Below, in pieces: positions 61,949-64,000 of a DNA stretch of 64,000 nt. Made by a program: the position numbers and the translations under genes. The DNA comes from a virus (Duplodnaviria; Heunggongvirae; Uroviricota; Caudoviricetes): IMG/VR virus record IMGVR_UViG_3300037453_000152; one strand, 5' to 3'. The notes beneath the pieces are model-generated. The model was not told the origin of the DNA and searched no databases. It saw nothing but the letters and a program-made list of their open reading frames with translations. The first letter of the stretch is position 1. The number at the start of each line of letters is the position of its first letter.

Positions 61949-62077
61949 ATGAAGCGTTATGATTATTACTTCTCCACCGGCGCAATCGTTAGCTGGTACA
62001 ACAAAAAAATGGGCAAGCGCGATCTGGCCCAGTACACTAAAATGTACGGCTACGTCGTGAAAGTAGTAGAGGCTTGA
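61949..62077 (+). CDS. Small early protein, 42 aa (MKRYDYYF...)
   Basis: SD GAAAGGA. The TGA forms the entire loop of a 14-bp hairpin (62061-62091). Confidence 0.68.
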   Translation: MKRYDYYFSTGAIVSWYNKKMGKRDLAQYTKMYGYVVKVVEA

Positions 62078-62117
62078 AGCCTCTACTACTTCAAAAAAGA
62101 AAATGGAGGACGTAAAA

Positions 62118-62426
62118 ATGATTAACATTCGCACGATTAAAAAGCTCGCAAACAATGACGGCTTAACGCTGAAAAATGGAAAAGCAATCACCTATAAAAC
62201 CGGTTGGCAAGTTGCCACAGAAGGCGTTGAATGCAAGACCGCACGCGAAGCAATCGAAGCAGTCAAGGCCTACAATGGAAATTGCGGCGTCTGGTTTGCC
62301 GATGGTATTTACTACATTGACAAGAGCCACAGAGTAAACACGAAGCGCGAAGCGATGGAAATTGGTAGAAAATGCCATCAGATTTCCGTCCTCTGCTGGA
62401 AAAACATGAAGCTAGCTTATTGCTAG
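62118..62426 (+). CDS. Hypothetical early protein, 102 aa, TAG stop
   Basis: SD GGAGG. The TAG is in the stem of terminator GAAGCTAGC/GCTAGCTTC-T7. Confidence 0.75.
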   Translation: MINIRTIKKLANNDGLTLKNGKAITYKTGWQVATEGVECKTAREAIEAVKAYNGNCGVWFADGIYYIDKSHRVNTKREAMEIGRKCHQISVLCWKNMKLAYC

Positions 62427-62683
62427 CTTCTTTTTTTCGCCGTCAAAAATAGTTGATACTGTCAACTATCCTTTTTCGCACTTTAATACACTAAAGCATT
62501 AAAGCAAGACAAAATGTTAAAATTGTGTTAACTGCGCAAAAATCCCAAAACTGCTGCTGGAGTTAGTTAGCACTAACAACTGCTTCACTTCGCTAAACTG
62601 TTAATAACAAATAAGGGCACAGTGCACAAAAACGGCTACGATTATTTGTGCAAAATGACGATGCCCAAAATGAAAAAAAGTTG

Positions 62684-62712
62684 TTGACAACCGGGCATTT
62701 TAGCGTTATAAT
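62684..62712 (+). promoter_or_regulatory. Early promoter TTGACA-N17-TATAAT
   Basis: Perfect consensus, CCGGG in the spacer, followed by the conserved leader. Confidence 0.85.
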
Positions 62713-62768
62713 TAAGACAGAAATTGAGGGAAGGAAAACCCAATAAAAACCGGAAAGGAAATAAAAAA

Positions 62769-62909
62769 ATGTTTGAATACGAACTGATTCATCTGGAGAC
62801 CAAGGAACAGCGCATTATCTTCGGCTACGATGTGCGCGACGCGTTCCGGCGGTGCCCGAACCTGAACCCCGAAGAATGGAAAGTTATCCACAGCGAATAC
62901 ATTGACTGA
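62769..62909 (+). CDS. Small early protein, 46 aa (MFEYELIH...)
   Basis: SD GAAAGGA. The TGA is in the stem of terminator 62901-62926, which is followed by a T-run. Confidence 0.7.
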   Translation: MFEYELIHLETKEQRIIFGYDVRDAFRRCPNLNPEEWKVIHSEYID

Positions 62910-63072
62910 CCGAAAGGTCAGTCAATTTTTTTTAAAAAGTATCGCCACCGAAAACGGCCAGTTTTCGCACTTTAGCGCATTAAAGCAATAAAGTAAGATA
63001 AAAAGCCGGCGACTGGAGCAAAATGTTAAATTCCTGTTAACAAAAAAAATCAAAAAATTTTTCAAAAAATGC

Positions 63073-63101
63073 TTGACAAAACGCGCCCGGTCTGCTATAA
63101 T
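63073..63101 (+). promoter_or_regulatory. Early promoter TTGACA-N17-TATAAT
   Basis: Perfect consensus, CCCGG in the spacer. Confidence 0.85.
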
Positions 63102-63149
63102 TAAGACAGTCAAGGGGAACACCCCAGAAATTGAAAGGAGATACAAAAA

Positions 63150-63272
63150 ATGGAAATTTACAATGCTGATTGGTTCGAGATCATCGGGGACGCGATGGAC
63201 GAGGTCCAAGAGTGGGAGGACTTCGAGGCCGACATGGCCACGAACCCATATGACGATCCGTGGCTCACCTGA
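63150..63272 (+). CDS. Very acidic 40-aa early peptide (MEIYNADWFEIIGDAMDEVQEWEDFEADMATNPYDDPWLT)
   Basis: Own promoter and SD GAAAGGAG. The TGA lies in hairpin TCCGTGGCTC/GAGCCACGGA. Missed by the 60-aa track cutoff. Confidence 0.7.
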   Translation: MEIYNADWFEIIGDAMDEVQEWEDFEADMATNPYDDPWLT

Positions 63273-63316
63273 GCCACGGACGCCAAAAAAAATTTTTGGA
63301 AAATGAAAAAAAGTTC

Positions 63317-63345
63317 TTGACAAATCACCCGGCGCGTGATACAAT
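63317..63345 (+). promoter_or_regulatory. Early promoter TTGACA-N17-TACAAT
   Basis: Extended -10, CCCGG in the spacer, followed by a leader variant. Confidence 0.85.
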
Positions 63346-63394
63346 AAATTCAGAAAGGGAAAGGAAAATCCCAAACACCAGAAAGGAACTAAAA

Positions 63395-63697
63395 ATGAAG
63401 ATCTACAGAGTTATGACTGGATACGGCACCGACTTCTACGGCTACTCCGACAACACCGAACAGGCCAAATATTTCCTTGATAAGGAAAAAGCCCTTGCAC
63501 TCTATAAGACGGGCGAGCGCACCACGCGGAAAACCCTGATCACGACAACCTATAAAGACGGAACGCAAATCACCTCTGAAACTGGCGAAAAGTTCTTTGA
63601 ACGGCGCAAAAATGAAGCAAAACCCAACGAAAAAGTTGAGCTTGTGGAAGAAAAAGTAAATCTTTTCCGGTTTGAAGAAATTGAAGTGGAAGAGTAA
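63395..63697 (+). CDS. Hypothetical early protein, 100 aa (MKIYRVMTG...)
   Basis: SD GAAAGGA, TAA stop, terminator AAAAGAGGACT/AGTCCTCTTTT. Confidence 0.75.
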   Translation: MKIYRVMTGYGTDFYGYSDNTEQAKYFLDKEKALALYKTGERTTRKTLITTTYKDGTQITSETGEKFFERRKNEAKPNEKVELVEEKVNLFRFEEIEVEE

Positions 63698-64000
63698 AAA
63701 AATGGAAAAAGAGGACTTGAAAAAGTCCTCTTTTCTTTTTGAATAATTATACAGTTCCGGTGAATAATTATTCATTAGTAGGATAGTTAATTTGGTCAAC
63801 TAACTAATTTGGCAGTCCAGGAGGAAGAGTGCTAAATGGTTGCGGCCGGCAACTATTTAGATACTAAATATTAAGAAAATGTTAAAAATATATGAACTTT
63901 TTATGAACACACCGGCGCGCCCACGGCCAGGGCGCGCCGCATTTTCGCTCGCCCCATAAGCCGCCAAATTTTTGCCCCGCATAAGGCCGCGCTTTATGGC

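Noticed and set aside
56920-63799. Minus-strand ORFs in the early region (e.g. 60061-60459, 62922-63374, 59134-59502)
   Set aside because: They overlap + strand genes, promoters and repeats, have low-complexity Phe/Leu/Cys-rich translations and lack SD sites.
58600-63900. Recurring repeats as a CRISPR array
   Set aside because: Spacing is irregular (hundreds of bp), the intervals contain promoters and ORFs, several motif families are interleaved, and no cas genes are present.
1-64000. Amber suppressor tRNA or other tRNA/rRNA genes
   Set aside because: No cloverleaf with T-loop and anticodon arm was recognised by eye. If present it probably lies outside the window, and tRNAscan-SE or ARAGORN would settle it.
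1-64000. Lysis, integrase or replication genes
   Set aside because: No holin, endolysin, recombinase or polymerase motifs were recognised, so lifestyle cannot be called from this window.

Overview
A 64 kb segment of a large, AT-rich tailed phage, most likely a long-tailed siphovirus of a Firmicutes host (AGGAGG-type SD sites, sigmaA-type promoters). Bases 1-56.8 kb hold one minus-strand morphogenesis module: regulator, terminase, portal, protease/scaffold, capsid, connectors, tail tube, tape measure, baseplate and fibres. The supplied ORF track looks shattered because these genes use TAG as a sense codon (Gln, code 15). Read that way, the fragments join in frame into about 33 near-contiguous genes ending in TAA/TGA, including a 2,764-aa tape measure protein. 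From 56.9 kb the + strand carries small early-type genes with no internal TAG, three of which end in TAG, so the genome appears dual-coded. The 58.3-64 kb region is an array of promoter / conserved leader / small ORF / hairpin cassettes separated by several families of repeated palindromic motifs. All nine TTGACA promoters there carry CCGG in the spacer. Other highlights are a predicted -1 frameshift extending the major capsid protein, a nested scaffold start, a giant CotH-kinase-like/LRR virion protein, a candidate structured RNA and a 40-aa acidic DNA-mimic candidate. Gene reconstructions were done by hand (frame arithmetic plus partial translation) and no database search was run, so product names are motif- and synteny-based.
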